Assembly: GCA_951406725.2 (NCBI GenBank)
Contig: OX597833.1
Coordinates: 59,582,001-59,646,000, forward strand
DNA: 64,000 bases
Direction of reading: 5' to 3'
From: Octopus vulgaris
Taxonomy: Eukaryota
Part shown: positions 1-13,745 of the stretch, piece after piece
Layout: each line of letters starts with the position of its first letter
Position numbering within the stretch: the first letter of the stretch is position 1
Notes under the pieces: generated by a model
What the model saw: only the letters and a program-made list of their open reading frames with translations
Databases searched by the model: none
Told to the model about the DNA's origin: nothing
Translations under genes and position numbers: made by a program

Positions 1-374
1 TTTTTATAAATTCTCTCTATATATATAATGTACTGTTCTATAATGGTATGGTCAGCAAAAATGGTACTCCATCTGGTGAGAGATAAATATTTTTTAATAG
101 ACACAGTGCATGTTTTTTTATGTGCTACTAATAGTTTTTTGTGCTGAGAACATGCCAAATAATGAATTATAATGTGTAACATCTTCTCAGTCATCAGGCA
201 CAAACCACATGTGTGTGTGTTTAAACTATATAATACTAAATTAGGACAAATTCCAATGGTACCAAATTTTACGGCATCCAGTAAGTCTAATAAGTAAAAA
301 AAAATATGAGACAGTTTAATAATATTGTGATAGTATAAAATAAACATTTTAGTATGACAAAAACTACATTTAAA

Positions 375-705
375 AGTATCACCATTTAACTATAACCACT
401 AATTATTGCTACATAACTATGCTATTATCTATTACCATTAACTACACCATTAATTATTATCACCTAAAGCCATCATTAACTATTAACACCAAACTACATC
501 ATTAACTATTATCTTAAACTACACCATTAACTATTACCATTTAACTTCACCATTAACTATACTATTAACTATTATCACTTAACTATACCCGTTAACTATT
601 ATCTTTAATTAGACCATCAACTATTACCACTAACTACACCGTTAACTGTCACCACTTAATTATACCCATTAACTATTAACATTTATCTACACCATTAACT
701 ATCAC
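375..705. repeat. Degenerate minisatellite (ACCATTAACTATT core)
   Basis: Recurring CCATTAACTA units. Confidence 0.7.
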
Positions 706-3580
706 AACCAGCATAGAGAAAACCATAGCCAGATATTGATTAAAACATTGAATGGGGAAGAACAATGGGCTGTTATTTTCGTTTAGCAGATTTCACTCAG
801 AAAACATTAGGTTAGGAATTGTATTAAAGCCAATGATAAACTGTAATTTCATTGTTTATTTTCTTTATGTAAAAAGTAGAGATTCGACTCTTTTACTATC
901 AGTCAATTATACTCTTTTACTATTAGTCAATTGGTTAAATATCCAGCTGATTGTTTAATTTACTTTGTTTTTGTTTGTCAAAACTTATTGTTACTTGCAA
1001 CCATTCGAGCGTGATTGTTACCACCTTCACCTTACTGGCACCTGTGCCCGCGGCATGTGTAAAAGATTCGAGCGACATCATTGCCAGTACCGCCTGACTG
1101 GCCCCGTGCCGGTGGCACGTTAAAGCATCCACTATACTCTCGGAGTGGTTGGCGTTAGGAAGGGCATCCAGCTGTAGAAACTCTGCCAGATCAAGATTGA
1201 AGCCTGGTGTAGCCATCTGGTTTGCCAGCCCTCAGTCAAATCGTCCTATAGTAGAAGACACTTGCCCAAGGTGCCACACAGTGGGACTGAAACCAGAACC
1301 ATGTGGCTCGTAAGCAAGCTACTTACCACACAGCTACTCCTACACCTAACAATGTGCATTTTTGCAAATCTTTCATGTAAACAATTGCAATTTAATATTT
1401 GGTGGTTTTTTTGGCTTTGAATTCTATATTTAACCAGTGTTCTCAGACCAAATGAAATTACTGTTGTATTATTGTACCAGTAAGATTCATGGAAATCTAT
1501 TTTCTGTAATTTGGTAAATAGGAACCTTATATGCAATCCAACTTTATAAAGAAAACCTTTGAAATTTCTTTCTATTTTCGTCCCTCCAGGTTTGATAAAA
1601 TAAAATACCTATTTCTTTACTACCCACAAGGGGCTAAACACAGAGAAGACAAACAAGGACAGACAAATGGATTAAGTCGATTATATCGACCCCAGTGCGT
1701 ATGTGGTACTTATTTAGTCGACCCCGAAAGGATGAAAGGCAAAGTCGACCTCGGCGGAATTTGAACTCAGAATGTAGCGGCGAAGCATTTCACCCGGCAT
1801 GCTAACGATTCTGCCAGCTCGCCACCTTGATAAAATAAAATACCAGCCAAGTTATGATGTCAATCTAGCTGAACCTCTCCCAAATCTGAGGTGTTGTGCC
1901 ATATTAGAAATAAACTATTTAGTAAAATTTTTTAAAAATACATTGGCTAAAATACAGCTCCCACTCCATTTCTGATATCATGATTATATAATTTCATTAT
2001 AAATTATTATAACAATATATTACCAGCAAAACTGAGAGGGCACCACTTGTAGTACCATGGGAGTTTGTGGACATAATAGGAACACTAAGTTCTTCTGCAG
2101 GGATATGTTGTTATTTTAGCACTTACAGTCAGATATTTTCTCAACAATTTTTTGCCATCTGTTCTATGCTTTCGTCACTATTTATAAACACGGTACTACA
2201 CTGTTTTAACCTATAAAATAATAATCCCATTTGCCATATTTTTAATGTTCTGTTCACACTGTTTCAGTACTTTTGATAAACAACAGCCAAAACCCAGTTT
2301 TATATGAGCCAAAAAACGAGCCTCTACATGGCCACTCACCTTACTAGAAATAGCAGCCAAATCTCCCTCCTTTCACATCTTATCATTTTGAAAGAGAGAC
2401 AGACTACTTTGGATAATGTACTCCTAGATATCCCGAACCAAGTTGGTCCAGGCTGGAACACTTTTTGTCCTAGATCAGCTGAATCAGGGACAACCTAGGG
2501 ACACTTTAAATCGCCCTCAATATACTTCTGGTATCTTTGATACATGGCCCACCAGATAAACAAAGAAGTAACCTGCATATGCTTGACATGCTTAATATAA
2601 TAGCCAATCTCCTTCAACAGACTCCCTCCTCGTTTTAGAAAAACATTCCCCATACTCAAGATGAGAGGACTACAGTTGGAAATACTAAAGGTCAACTCAA
2701 ATAGAATTAGTTAGCACAAGTTAATATAACCACAATCAGTCAACGTTCTAGGCTCCACTTCATACCAAAATGGCTACTTTACTGCACAGATGTCTTATCT
2801 TTACTTGTAACAGTTCTGCACAAAATGTTAATTCTTGTACAACAGACGTATTTATTGATAATAAAATTATGTTTTTATTTCCTCTGCAGTATTTTTATTT
2901 GATTCCATCAGACCAGCCAACCAGCCAACCATTCAACTGAAACAGAATTTCCATCAATTCTAAGCCATATTTCTCCCGAGATCATATAATGAGAATCAAA
3001 AATGACTTATCTGGCAGCCATGTTTATCTAAAGAGTAGAATTATTGCTCTAATTGTTCCCTAATGGAATGTCTTGCTTTGGAATGGTGCCACTTCGAAGA
3101 TAACATATTTTTATTCAATTATCCATTTTCCTCTACATTGCAAAGATGATATTGACTCGGGCAGATGTTGTGACACAGTGAGGAGAGCGCTGTACACTAG
3201 AATTATCGTTGTGAGTTCAAACTCATCTGATATTACTTTGTCCATTCCCTTACGTTATTGTTGTTGTTGTTGTTGTGGTAGTGGTGGTGGTGGTGGTGGT
3301 GGTGGTGGTGGTGGTAGTTGTTGTGTAGTTCTATTGATATATATGTGAGTTCTGGGTCAGCCAATCAAATCCTTGTAAAAAAAAAAATAGCTACAGTTGC
3401 AACATGCTGGATAATCCATGTTCTAGTGGTGTGTGAGCAAGTGTGTGTGTGTGTGTATTGAAAGTGGGGCCCATATTTCACACCTAGTATTGTTGACTAC
3501 CACTGCTGTCACCACTACTGCCACCACTACCACCACCACTGCCACTGTGGTCATCACCTCTACTACAACTGCTGCTGCTG

Positions 3581-3632
<52 letters not shown>

Positions 3633-4760
3633 CACCACCACAACCACTACCACCACCACCACTACTACTACTACTTCCACTACTATTCATAATAATAATA
3701 ATAATTCTTAAACATTCACTAATACAACACCAAGTACAAAACCAAATATATGGCACCCTAGGCATAATACCAACATGAACTTCCAACTTGTTGTCTCTTG
3801 AGGTCTCTGGGTGAGACTTGGAGCCAACTCGTACAAATGTAAAGCAAAAGTCATACATAGAATAATAATTATAATAATCCTTTCTTCTGTAGGCATAAGG
3901 CTTGAAATTTTGGGAGAGGGGTTAAGTCAATTACATCGACCCCAGTACTCAACTGGTACTTAATTTATCGACTTCGAAAGCATGAAAGGCAAAGTCAACC
4001 TCGGCAGAAATATCATAATAATAAAGGTGATAATATTGATTTCAAATCCTGGAACTAGGCCATCGATTGTGGGGGAGTGGGGAGGTCGAAGACATTGACC
4101 CGAATACTTACTGAGACCTATTTTATTGACCTCGGAAGGCTGAAAGACAAAATTGACCTCCATGGAATTTGAACTCAGAACATAAAGACCGATGAAATCT
4201 CACTAAGCATTTTGTGCAACATGCTAACGACTCTGCCAGATTGCTGCTTTAATAATAGTTTTAATATTGACAACTTCGAATTTAGACACAAGGCCAGCAA
4301 TTTTAGGGGAAGGTAAGTCAATTATATCAACCCCCAGTGTTTGACTGGTTTTTATTTTATTATTTACCCATGGAAAGCAGACGTTAAATGATGATGAAAT
4401 GATAATGAAACTGAAAAGATAAAATGCAAAGCTGACCTCTGTGAAATTTGAACTCAGAACCTAAAGACAGATGAAATGCTGCTAAGCATTTTGCCCAGCG
4501 TGCTAATGATTCTGCCAGCTCACTGCCTTAATAATGATAATAATAATCCTTTTGACTATCGGCACAAGGCCTGAAATTTGGAGGAAGGGGGGTTAGTTGA
4601 TTACATCGATTCCAGTACTTAACTGTTGCTTATTTCATTGACTCCGAAAGGATGAAAGCCAAACTCGACCTTGATGGAATTTGAACTTAGAACATGAAGA
4701 CAGACAAAATATTGCTAAACATTTCACCCAGTATGCTAACGATTCTGCCAGCATGCCACC

Positions 4761-4824
<64 letters not shown>

Positions 4825-4838
4825 TGATGATGATAATA

Positions 4839-5163
4839 ATAGGTGCCCTGGGAATGATAGCGAAAGGGGCTGATTGCTACCTAACTCAGATACCAGGTAA
4901 CCCAAAAATGGCAGAAATTCAAAAGATAGTGCTCATGAGAACTACTCATATCCTACGCAAAATACTTTCTATGTAATCTCAGGGTTTAAAACAAACATAA
5001 TTTTTTTTTTTTGGACATTCACTAGTAAAACACCAAAAAAAACCCCCAAATATATGGCACATTAGGCATAACAACAACATGAACTTCCAACCTGTTGTCT
5101 CTTGAGGTCTCTGGGTGAGACTTGGAGCCAACTTGTACAAATATAAAGCAAAAGTCAAATATA

Positions 5164-5217
<54 letters not shown>

Positions 5218-5222
5218 TAATA
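4839..5222 (+). mobile_element. R4/Dong-like (RLE) non-LTR retrotransposon 3' fragment in (AAT)n
   Basis: IGALGMI...IQKIVLMRTTHILRKILSM* (stop 4974-76) resembles RLE C-termini; flanked by (AAT)n; second 3' UTR copy at about 3705-3862. Confidence 0.7.
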
Positions 5223-5226
5223 AATA

Positions 5227-5800
5227 CCCTGATGCAGTACCAGGCAGTGGTTCTCGTGGCTTCTGATCTTAACTGATTGGAAGTGTTATAACGTACATTC
5301 TTTTGTCTTGATATAAAAAATAGGCTACAGCAAATATTCTGCTCAATACCACAGAATTGCTTGTCAGTTGTTTGACCTTAACCAGTTGACCATGTCCCTT
5401 AGTGGCTGATGATATGTGCATCTCGGATCATGAGCAGTAGTGGGGGAGCATCATAGCCATGTGTTGAGAGGAATTCTTTGGGGTTTGAATAATTCACTTC
5501 TGGAAACATGGGTGTTTCGTTCAGCATCCTTAAACAACCCTTATTCAGGGACCTTTTGAGTGGGATGGGTTATTCGACCAGAAGAAAATTCTAACTGGAC
5601 CCCACCTGCAAGGTCATGCGCTGTTTATCTTGATATGAGATCACCATGTCACACACATATGGTTGTGATGTATGTGCCTAGTGTACCCTTATCAGACGAG
5701 TAGTCATGATGGGTATACTGGGCTTCGTATATTTGTACCCCAGTGTCACTTTGATGGCTTTTATTTCTCTCTCACTCAATAATAATAATAATAATAATAA
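5227..5800 (+). mobile_element. Interspersed repeat family D with (AAT)n ends
   Basis: Closely similar reverse-complement copy at 61983-62556. Confidence 0.8.
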
Positions 5801-5991
5801 TAGGGATCCAGAAGACAGCATAGTTGGGTACAGCTCACATTCTAAGGAGAGTGTTGTCTCTTTGAGAAGGCACTACTTGAAACCTTTGGTGATTTGTTAT
5901 TGCCTGCTTTCAAGTAAAGAACAACTGCAAATAGAACAGCGAGAATCAAAATAATAATAATAGTAATACTACTACCACCACCACTACTGCT

Positions 5992-6041
<50 letters not shown>

Positions 6042-6577
6042 GGAGGACGAGGAGGAGGATAATAAATGCCCTGATGCAGTACCCGGCAATAGACGTCATT
6101 GATTGGTTGAAATTGCCGAAATGCAAGAAATTAAACAACAAATAGCTTACAAACTACAGGATTTTCTCAAGAAAGCTAAGAGAAAAAGATGTTTTATGTA
6201 ACACATTCTACCAGTATACGAAGTTTAAAAGTGTTTAGTACATAGAAATTATTTTAAAAATCTGCCGGTCAAAGTGAAAAAATCCATACAGTCTTATGTA
6301 GTATGTATGTACATATAATGTGTGTGCATGTATATTTGAATATATAACCGTCTCTCTATCTGGCTCTTTCACCCTGAAACTCACTCTATCTTTGTAAGAA
6401 TATCTGTTTGGCTGTCTCTTCACAGGACACAAATTTTACCGTAATAGCAGTTATGTATTTGTTATATTTCGGAATGGTCATTTTGCCAGTTTAGCCAATA
6501 AAAACACACGCACTATATATTTGGTGTTATTTTTCTTCAGTGTTATTTATTTTTTACATTAATCTTAATCTTATTTC

Positions 6578-6622
6578 GGCCAGAGTTCTTTCGTCACACT
6601 CCTGTGACCGCATCAGTGGTCC
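6578..6622 (-). ncRNA. Variant hammerhead-like motif
   Basis: Minus strand GGACCA-CTGATGCG-GTCAC/GTGAC-GAAA-GAACTC-TGGCC; core deviates (A9 to C plus one extra nt). Confidence 0.4.
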
Positions 6623-6774
6623 TTTGTTTTCTTCTTTCTTATTTATGTATTCCTCTAAAAAACTCACTGCATATGCTTCATCTCAGATCATTGTTCTCAC
6701 CACCACCACCACCACTACTACTCCTATCATCATCATCGCTAAGAACAACAGCAATCCAGCTTATAAGCTGTGCC

Positions 6775-7512
6775 GGATCTTTTCTTTTTGAAAGCCAGAT
6801 TTTTCTAGTTAACTAAATAATTTGAAACTTCATATACTGGTAGAATGTGTCAAAAGAAAACAATAATTTCAACTAGTTTTTTTAACAAAAATGTATTTTA
6901 TAAGTTTAAACGTAGTTTAAATCTGCGAATTTTAACCAATCGTATTGTCTGTTTTCATTTGAAATTATTAGCTGCATAGTGTTACTGTGACGTAGACAGC
7001 TATTTTGTGAGTGGGTAAGCAGTAAGCAAACAGCTGTGGTAGATGTGGTTATCATGGCAGTGGTGGTGGTGGTGGCGGCAGTGGATGATGATGATAATGA
7101 TGATGATAGTAGTAGTAGTAGCATTGATTATGTTAGGATGTCTCATGCTGGTATTGATCTTGGGGTTGTGGTTGCAGGAGATGGTTGTGGTGGTGGCATT
7201 GGAGGTTGTAGTGGTGGTTGTAAAGATGATTCTGATATTGATAGTCTTTGCATTGAGGTGGTGGCGGAGTCAGAGTAAATAATAAGAGCCCAGTTAACAC
7301 AAGATTCTTAAATTTCGGAGATCATAAGATAGAGAGCAAGAAGTTAAAAGTTTCAATACTGGCCCTAATTCCTACACCCCAGATTCTTCAACTATTTTAT
7401 AAGAAAGAGGTTAATGGCAGGATAGGGATTCAGCTTAAAAATAAATTGTATAACAAAAAATACATAAATAAATTACTGCTCCAACGATGTAATTTTAGTA
7501 TGTGTGTATGTA

Positions 7513-7543
<31 letters not shown>

Positions 7544-7948
7544 GTGTAAGCAATGCAAACAATGGAAAATAATTTAAACACTCATTTTATATATACTAAG
7601 ACTTTCAAAAAGAATTTAGCTATTTAGGATCTGCACAAATTTTATATATACTCCACAAAGTTTGAAAGTGTTTAGTTACGATAAGCGGATGTTTACGTTA
7701 ATTACGTCACAAAATAGCTGTTTACGTCACAGTAACAATATTTTGAGAAGCAGTAAATAATATGAGGCCGAAAGAAAGAATATCATTGGTTAAAATTCGA
7801 ATTTTTAAACAACGTTAAACTTAGAAATTACGATTCCGTTTTCATTTTGGTTTACAATCATGTTTTCTTTTGACACATTCTACCAGTATACGAAGTTTCA
7901 AATTGTTTAGTTAACTAGGAAAATCTAGCTTTCAAAAAGAAAAGATCC
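6775..7948. mobile_element. Non-autonomous Merlin-like DNA transposon
   Basis: GGATCTTTTC...GAAAAGATCC termini, about 240-bp imperfect TIRs, 8-bp TSD GCTGTGCC/GCTGTGTC. Confidence 0.75.
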
Positions 7949-8357
7949 GCTGTGTCTCTTCTCAGTAGTCGCTTGAAACCAAGCAATACTTTATTTCTAT
8001 TTTAATTCGATTCATAACTAGGATACATCCCTGATGAGCTAAAATAAAATCGAATCATGTCCACAGTTGTCCCCCTTGCCTACAGAGATCAGATTTTTCC
8101 CCCTGGTGTGAAAAAATTTCTGTGAAGTTAAAAATTAATTTCTCGAAATCATCACTTCTATTCTTTGAGTGTTGCTATTTATTAGTTGACCTCAGGAGTT
8201 TTTTTTTTTTTTTTCTAGTTGAAAGGAAATTTCCAATTCTTCGAGAATTTTGTGTTCGTCACTGAGTAGAACGCCACCTACATCTTAAATTAGCTAAATT
8301 GAATCCATTACTGTATACATGAGTTATTTCCCTTAGATCACTTATTGTAATTATGCA

Positions 8358-8365
8358 TGACGTCA
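8358..8365. promoter_or_regulatory. Palindromic CRE-like site TGACGTCA at the edge of a CpG-retaining region
   Basis: Exact motif; CpG-rich sequence follows at 8420-8480. Function unproven. Confidence 0.25.
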
Positions 8366-9882
8366 CAGGCTACCTCCCCTCGTTCATTCTCTACTCTTTT
8401 AGTCGTTTACTTCTCTCTCTTTCGCTTTCTCTTTCTCTTTCGCAAGCGCGAGAGCGTCGTTGTAGTCGCTCGACCGGCTAGAAATAGCAGCTAATTCTCC
8501 CTCAAACCACACGTCATCTTTTTTTCTTCTTTGATACATTAAATTTAATGAAGATACTAATATACAAATAGATGTTTTTATGGCTGCTAGATCGTGAAAG
8601 CTTGTTCAGAGGTGAATCGGAACTGAACCACAATATCAACAAACAAACTGACCGCTCTCACATCACCCCTTTCACACACATCTTCTTCTCTGTCTCTATC
8701 GTTCTCTCTCTACCTCTCTGTCTCAAACATTCACCCCTTCCTTCGTATTATATCTATCAATCTACTTCTCATTCATTACTTTCACTTTTACACTATCTCT
8801 CCATCTCACTCCTCCTCTCTCGCATTCTCTCTCTTTCACTCCTCTCTCTCTCTCACACACACACCTATTACAGTAAACTCTCTTCCCTTTTAACGTTATA
8901 TCTTCCCTTCTGTGTGATACACATTTTTCTCTCACGATATTTCTGTATCTCTTCTCATATCGCAACCGTCAAGAAAGCGTGTGCGCGCATGCACGAACGC
9001 ACATGCGCGCACGCATCCACCAACCAACACTGGTTGCTCTCTCCCTCTCCTTTTCTCTCACCTCCTTCACTACTTGCTCTCTCATTCACAATATTTACAC
9101 TCTTCCTCTCTCTCTCTCTCTCTCTGCTTGTTCTCCTTATCTCCTTTCAATCTTTGCTCTCCCTCTCTGCTTCTCTCAATGCTTACTCTCCCTCTCTCCC
9201 TTCTTTCCTCTCTCTCCCATGCTTTCTTTCTTACCCTCTCTCCCTCTTTCTGGTCTCCTTCTCTCTCAATGCTTGCTCTCCTCTCTGACAGTATTTACAT
9301 CCTCTAGCTCTCCGTTTTTCTCACTACTTGCTCTCCCTCCCTCTCTCTCATAGCCTTTGCTCTTTTCCTCTCTCTCTCTCTTTCTCCTTGCTTGCTCTCC
9401 CTCTCACCCTCACACACATACTACTTGCTCTCTACTATCTCTCTTAACACCAATCTTTCATATTTAATTAAAACCATGTAGAATCGGTGCGTCATGCTAT
9501 CTTAGCTTCAACAGAACAAGTCTGTTGTCCGTCATTGGAAAAGGAGAGAGAGAGAGAGTCACATACGCAGGGTCATCCGTAGGAGCTGTATCCATCCATC
9601 GACTTTAACAGAAACGAAGACACTGACCACTTAGAGTGTGGTGGACACAAAGGTTGGCCCAGCTTCCCTTTATATTTTTTGGAATTCTGTGAGGAACGAA
9701 GAGGAAAGGAGAGAAAGGAAAAGAGACAGAGAGAGAAAGAGAAAGAGAGAGAGAGGGTTCAATTCTTATTTGATGTTTCATGTTGAGGCGACGGCGGCGG
9801 CGGCGGTGGTGGTGGTGGTGTCAGTGGTGTTTAGGTTCAGGTCAGCTCTAAATCAAAGATCTTTCGTTAGTGACCGACCACC

Positions 9883-9914
<32 letters not shown>

Positions 9915-10231
9915 AGACCAGGGGGACTTCAATGTCTAAACGCACCCTTTATTTAAGACGAGGCGGGGTTGCAATTTTAGGGAAATTTGGTTGTATTTTT
10001 GTAAGCAAGTTCAACGACCGAAATACAGGCTCTGACGCTAACATTGTATGATGTGGTGTTGGTGGTGGTTGTGGTGGTGGCGTTGGTGGTGGTGACGATG
10101 GTGCTAGTGGCGATGGTGCTGGTGGTGAAGATCGTGGTGATGGTGATGGGGATGATGATGATGATGATGATAAGGATGATGATATTCTCAAATATCTAAA
10201 GTGAAAACACGCATGCATACACACACATACA

Positions 10232-10310
<79 letters not shown>

Positions 10311-10359
10311 AAAAACGAAATATATATACATAGATACATATATATATATATATATATAT

Positions 10360-10415
<56 letters not shown>

Positions 10416-10648
10416 GTTACATGCATGCATACAAGCGAAGCTTCATACCTACATGTTTATATACACACACATATACATACATACACACACACGCACACAC
10501 ATATACATGCATACAAGCGAAGCTTCGCACCTACATGTTTATATATACACACATATATACATGTATGTATGTATACTCAAAAGAAAGAATAGCCCGAAGG
10601 TATATATCAAAACGTCGCAATACCTCTATAAATGCATGCATGAATACA

Positions 10649-10741
<93 letters not shown>

Positions 10742-12231
10742 GTCTGTGTGTTTTAGGGATGTGTCGTTTTAATTAAACACAAAGATGAAGAATTTAATAA
10801 GTTGAGTGATGATGTATACAGGTGAAAGAAAATTGGAGACACACAGACAATGATGCGCATGGTGGTGGTGATGGTAGTGGTGGTGGTGATGGTGGTGATG
10901 GTGGTGCTGTTATGGCGACAAACAGACAGATATAGGGATGCAACCATTTTTTTTTTACTGTTTTCTTAAACACAATAACACGGCAGGTGCTGTTGCGTAG
11001 AATTGTGTACACACACATACACACACTTGCATACATACACACATATACACACCTACATACATACACACACACACATATACATACACACACACACACACAT
11101 ACATACACACATACATACATACATACATACATACACACACACTTGCATTCATACAAACGTATATGTGCAGAAATACTCAAGCGCGTACATTTCTACTTTC
11201 GCTTTCGAAAATAGCTGCATGACATCATTGGCAACTTGTTGGTCAGATTTGTTTGCTAAACACGCACACACATGCGTGCATACATGCATGCACGTATGCA
11301 CTGATGCATTTCATCCCCTCCAACTCTATGTGCGCGCGCGCACAATTTTCACAAACATATACATTAGTACTGGTCTTCCTTCTCTCTACGACATACATGT
11401 AATCCACACATATATACATACATAAACATAGATGTACCAACACTCAAGCACTTAACACTTATACACATACACACACACACTCACAAACAAAGAAACACAC
11501 TTGCATACATCCATCCATACATACATACATCCATCCATCCATATATACATACATACACACACATAAATACATACATACACACATCCATCCATATATCCAT
11601 ACATACATACATACAAACATACATGCATACATACATACATTCATACATACATACACACACACATATACAAACACACTTGCATCCATCCATCAATCCATCC
11701 ATCCATCTATCCATACATACATACATACATACATACATACATACATACATACATACATACACACATCCATCCATCCATACATACATACAAACATACATGC
11801 ATACATACATACACACACCCATCCATCCATACATACATACATTCATACATACATATATACATACACACACACACACGACCCATGGCTTTTTTATGTTCTT
11901 ATGATTCTCTGCCCCAAAGAAAGAACCACTGTTACTATCGCCAATTCCGTCCAGGGACCAGTATTAGTGGTTACAACCCAATAACAGTACCTTGGAAATA
12001 AAATTCAGGATTTTGTAAAACGATTGCCCTTTATCTTTGGTCCCCGCATCCTTAAAACTATGGTTTCACCTACTAGAAATAGTGGCCAAAACACCTTCCA
12101 GTCACACTACTGTCCTAAACAAAGGGTAAGACCCCAGTTATAGATATACGAGATGGTCATAGCTGGTATGTCAAAGGTTCCCTCTCGATCGGGGCTGCCC
12201 AAAGGTTAATCACCGTTGATGCTCTGTCTCT

Positions 12232-12550
12232 CTATCCGCTCAGTGGAAGTCGACTCTCGGTCACTCGTTGGATCAGTGTCCTCCAGTCAGTTCTATCCTG
12301 GGCCGCTTCCTTCAGATTGGCCATGTCCATTCCGGTATTACTCCTGGTGGTGTCAAGCCAGTAGGTTCTTGGTCGGCCTCTTCCTCTCTTGCCACTGACC
12401 ATTCCGAGCATGATGTCCTTCTCCAGGGATTTTCTCCGCATAATATGACCGAAATATGCCAATCTATGCTTGGTGATCCCAGCTTCTAGCGACATTTTCG
12501 GCCTTATCTGCTTAAGAACTTCTCCATTGGGGAGCCTCGCTGTCCATGGA
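12232..12550 (-). mobile_element. RTE-clade LINE 3' fragment
   Basis: RIPWTAR...[33 protein letters not shown]...AAQDRTDWR. Confidence 0.85.
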
Positions 12551-13420
12551 ATCCGCATATACACATTGATGCATATACACATAATTGATGCATATACACC
12601 GTTGATGCATATACACATAAACATATACTTTGTTACCCAACAGACAGATATGTTACAATACACAACACATATACACTCGCAGACACGCAACAACACAAAT
12701 ATACAAACACAGATATATATATATATATACAAGCGAGAGAGCGGGGAGAGATAGAGAGGTGGAGAAAGAAAGAGGGAACGAGTGAGAGCAGAGAGAGAGA
12801 GAGAGAGAGAGAGAGAAGGAAACGAAAGAAACAGAGAAAATACGAACGAGAGGGGTTAAAAAAAAAAAGCGAATGAAACAGAGAGAGGTGGTTTAAGAGT
12901 GCCTGCGTGTCTCGCTAGATCCTGTTTTCGTTAAACTACGAAATGGAATAATGAAAGTTGTTGCATTCATGCCTTTTTTCGAAGCTATTAACGACACGAC
13001 TGCAGTATTTGGGCAATCATTAAGGTACAGGGCGACGAACATAAACAGGGTTTATTGAAATGTGATTTTGTATCAATCATTCTAGCTCACACGTTGGCGA
13101 TGACAGACTTGGATATTCCAATCTAAGGTACAATCTAAGCAATTATTCTTTTATAAACCTTCACCTAGCCCGTTATCTCCTGTTCCGTTGTTGTATGTCG
13201 TATATCGGGGTAGTTGGGTGTGTTATAACAACAAAAATATTTATTCTTATGGTCAGTATGAGTGTGTGTATGTGTGATAATGTGTATGTGCGTTGTTTTT
13301 ATGTGTATGTGTGATATATTTATATGCATGTGTATGTGTGTTGTGATGTAAATATATGTATGTGTATGTGTTATGTGATATATCTGTGTGCATCTGTACT
13401 TTTTATTATTCAACTGGCTG

Positions 13421-13488
<68 letters not shown>

Positions 13489-13613
13489 TTATCTATCTAT
13501 CTATCGATCGATCGATCAGTCTGCCTATCTACGTATGTATGTATATCTATCTATTTATCTATCGATCGATCAGTCTGTCTATCTACGTATGTATGTCTGT
13601 CTGTATGTATGTA

Positions 13614-13745
<132 letters not shown>

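Noticed and set aside
8031-8062. CTGATGA...CGAATCATGTC as a hammerhead
   Set aside because: No stem II, no GAAA and no stem I pairing
8572-9353. 238-aa Leu/Ser-rich ORF
   Set aside because: CT-rich low-complexity tract open in overlapping frames with no domain signal
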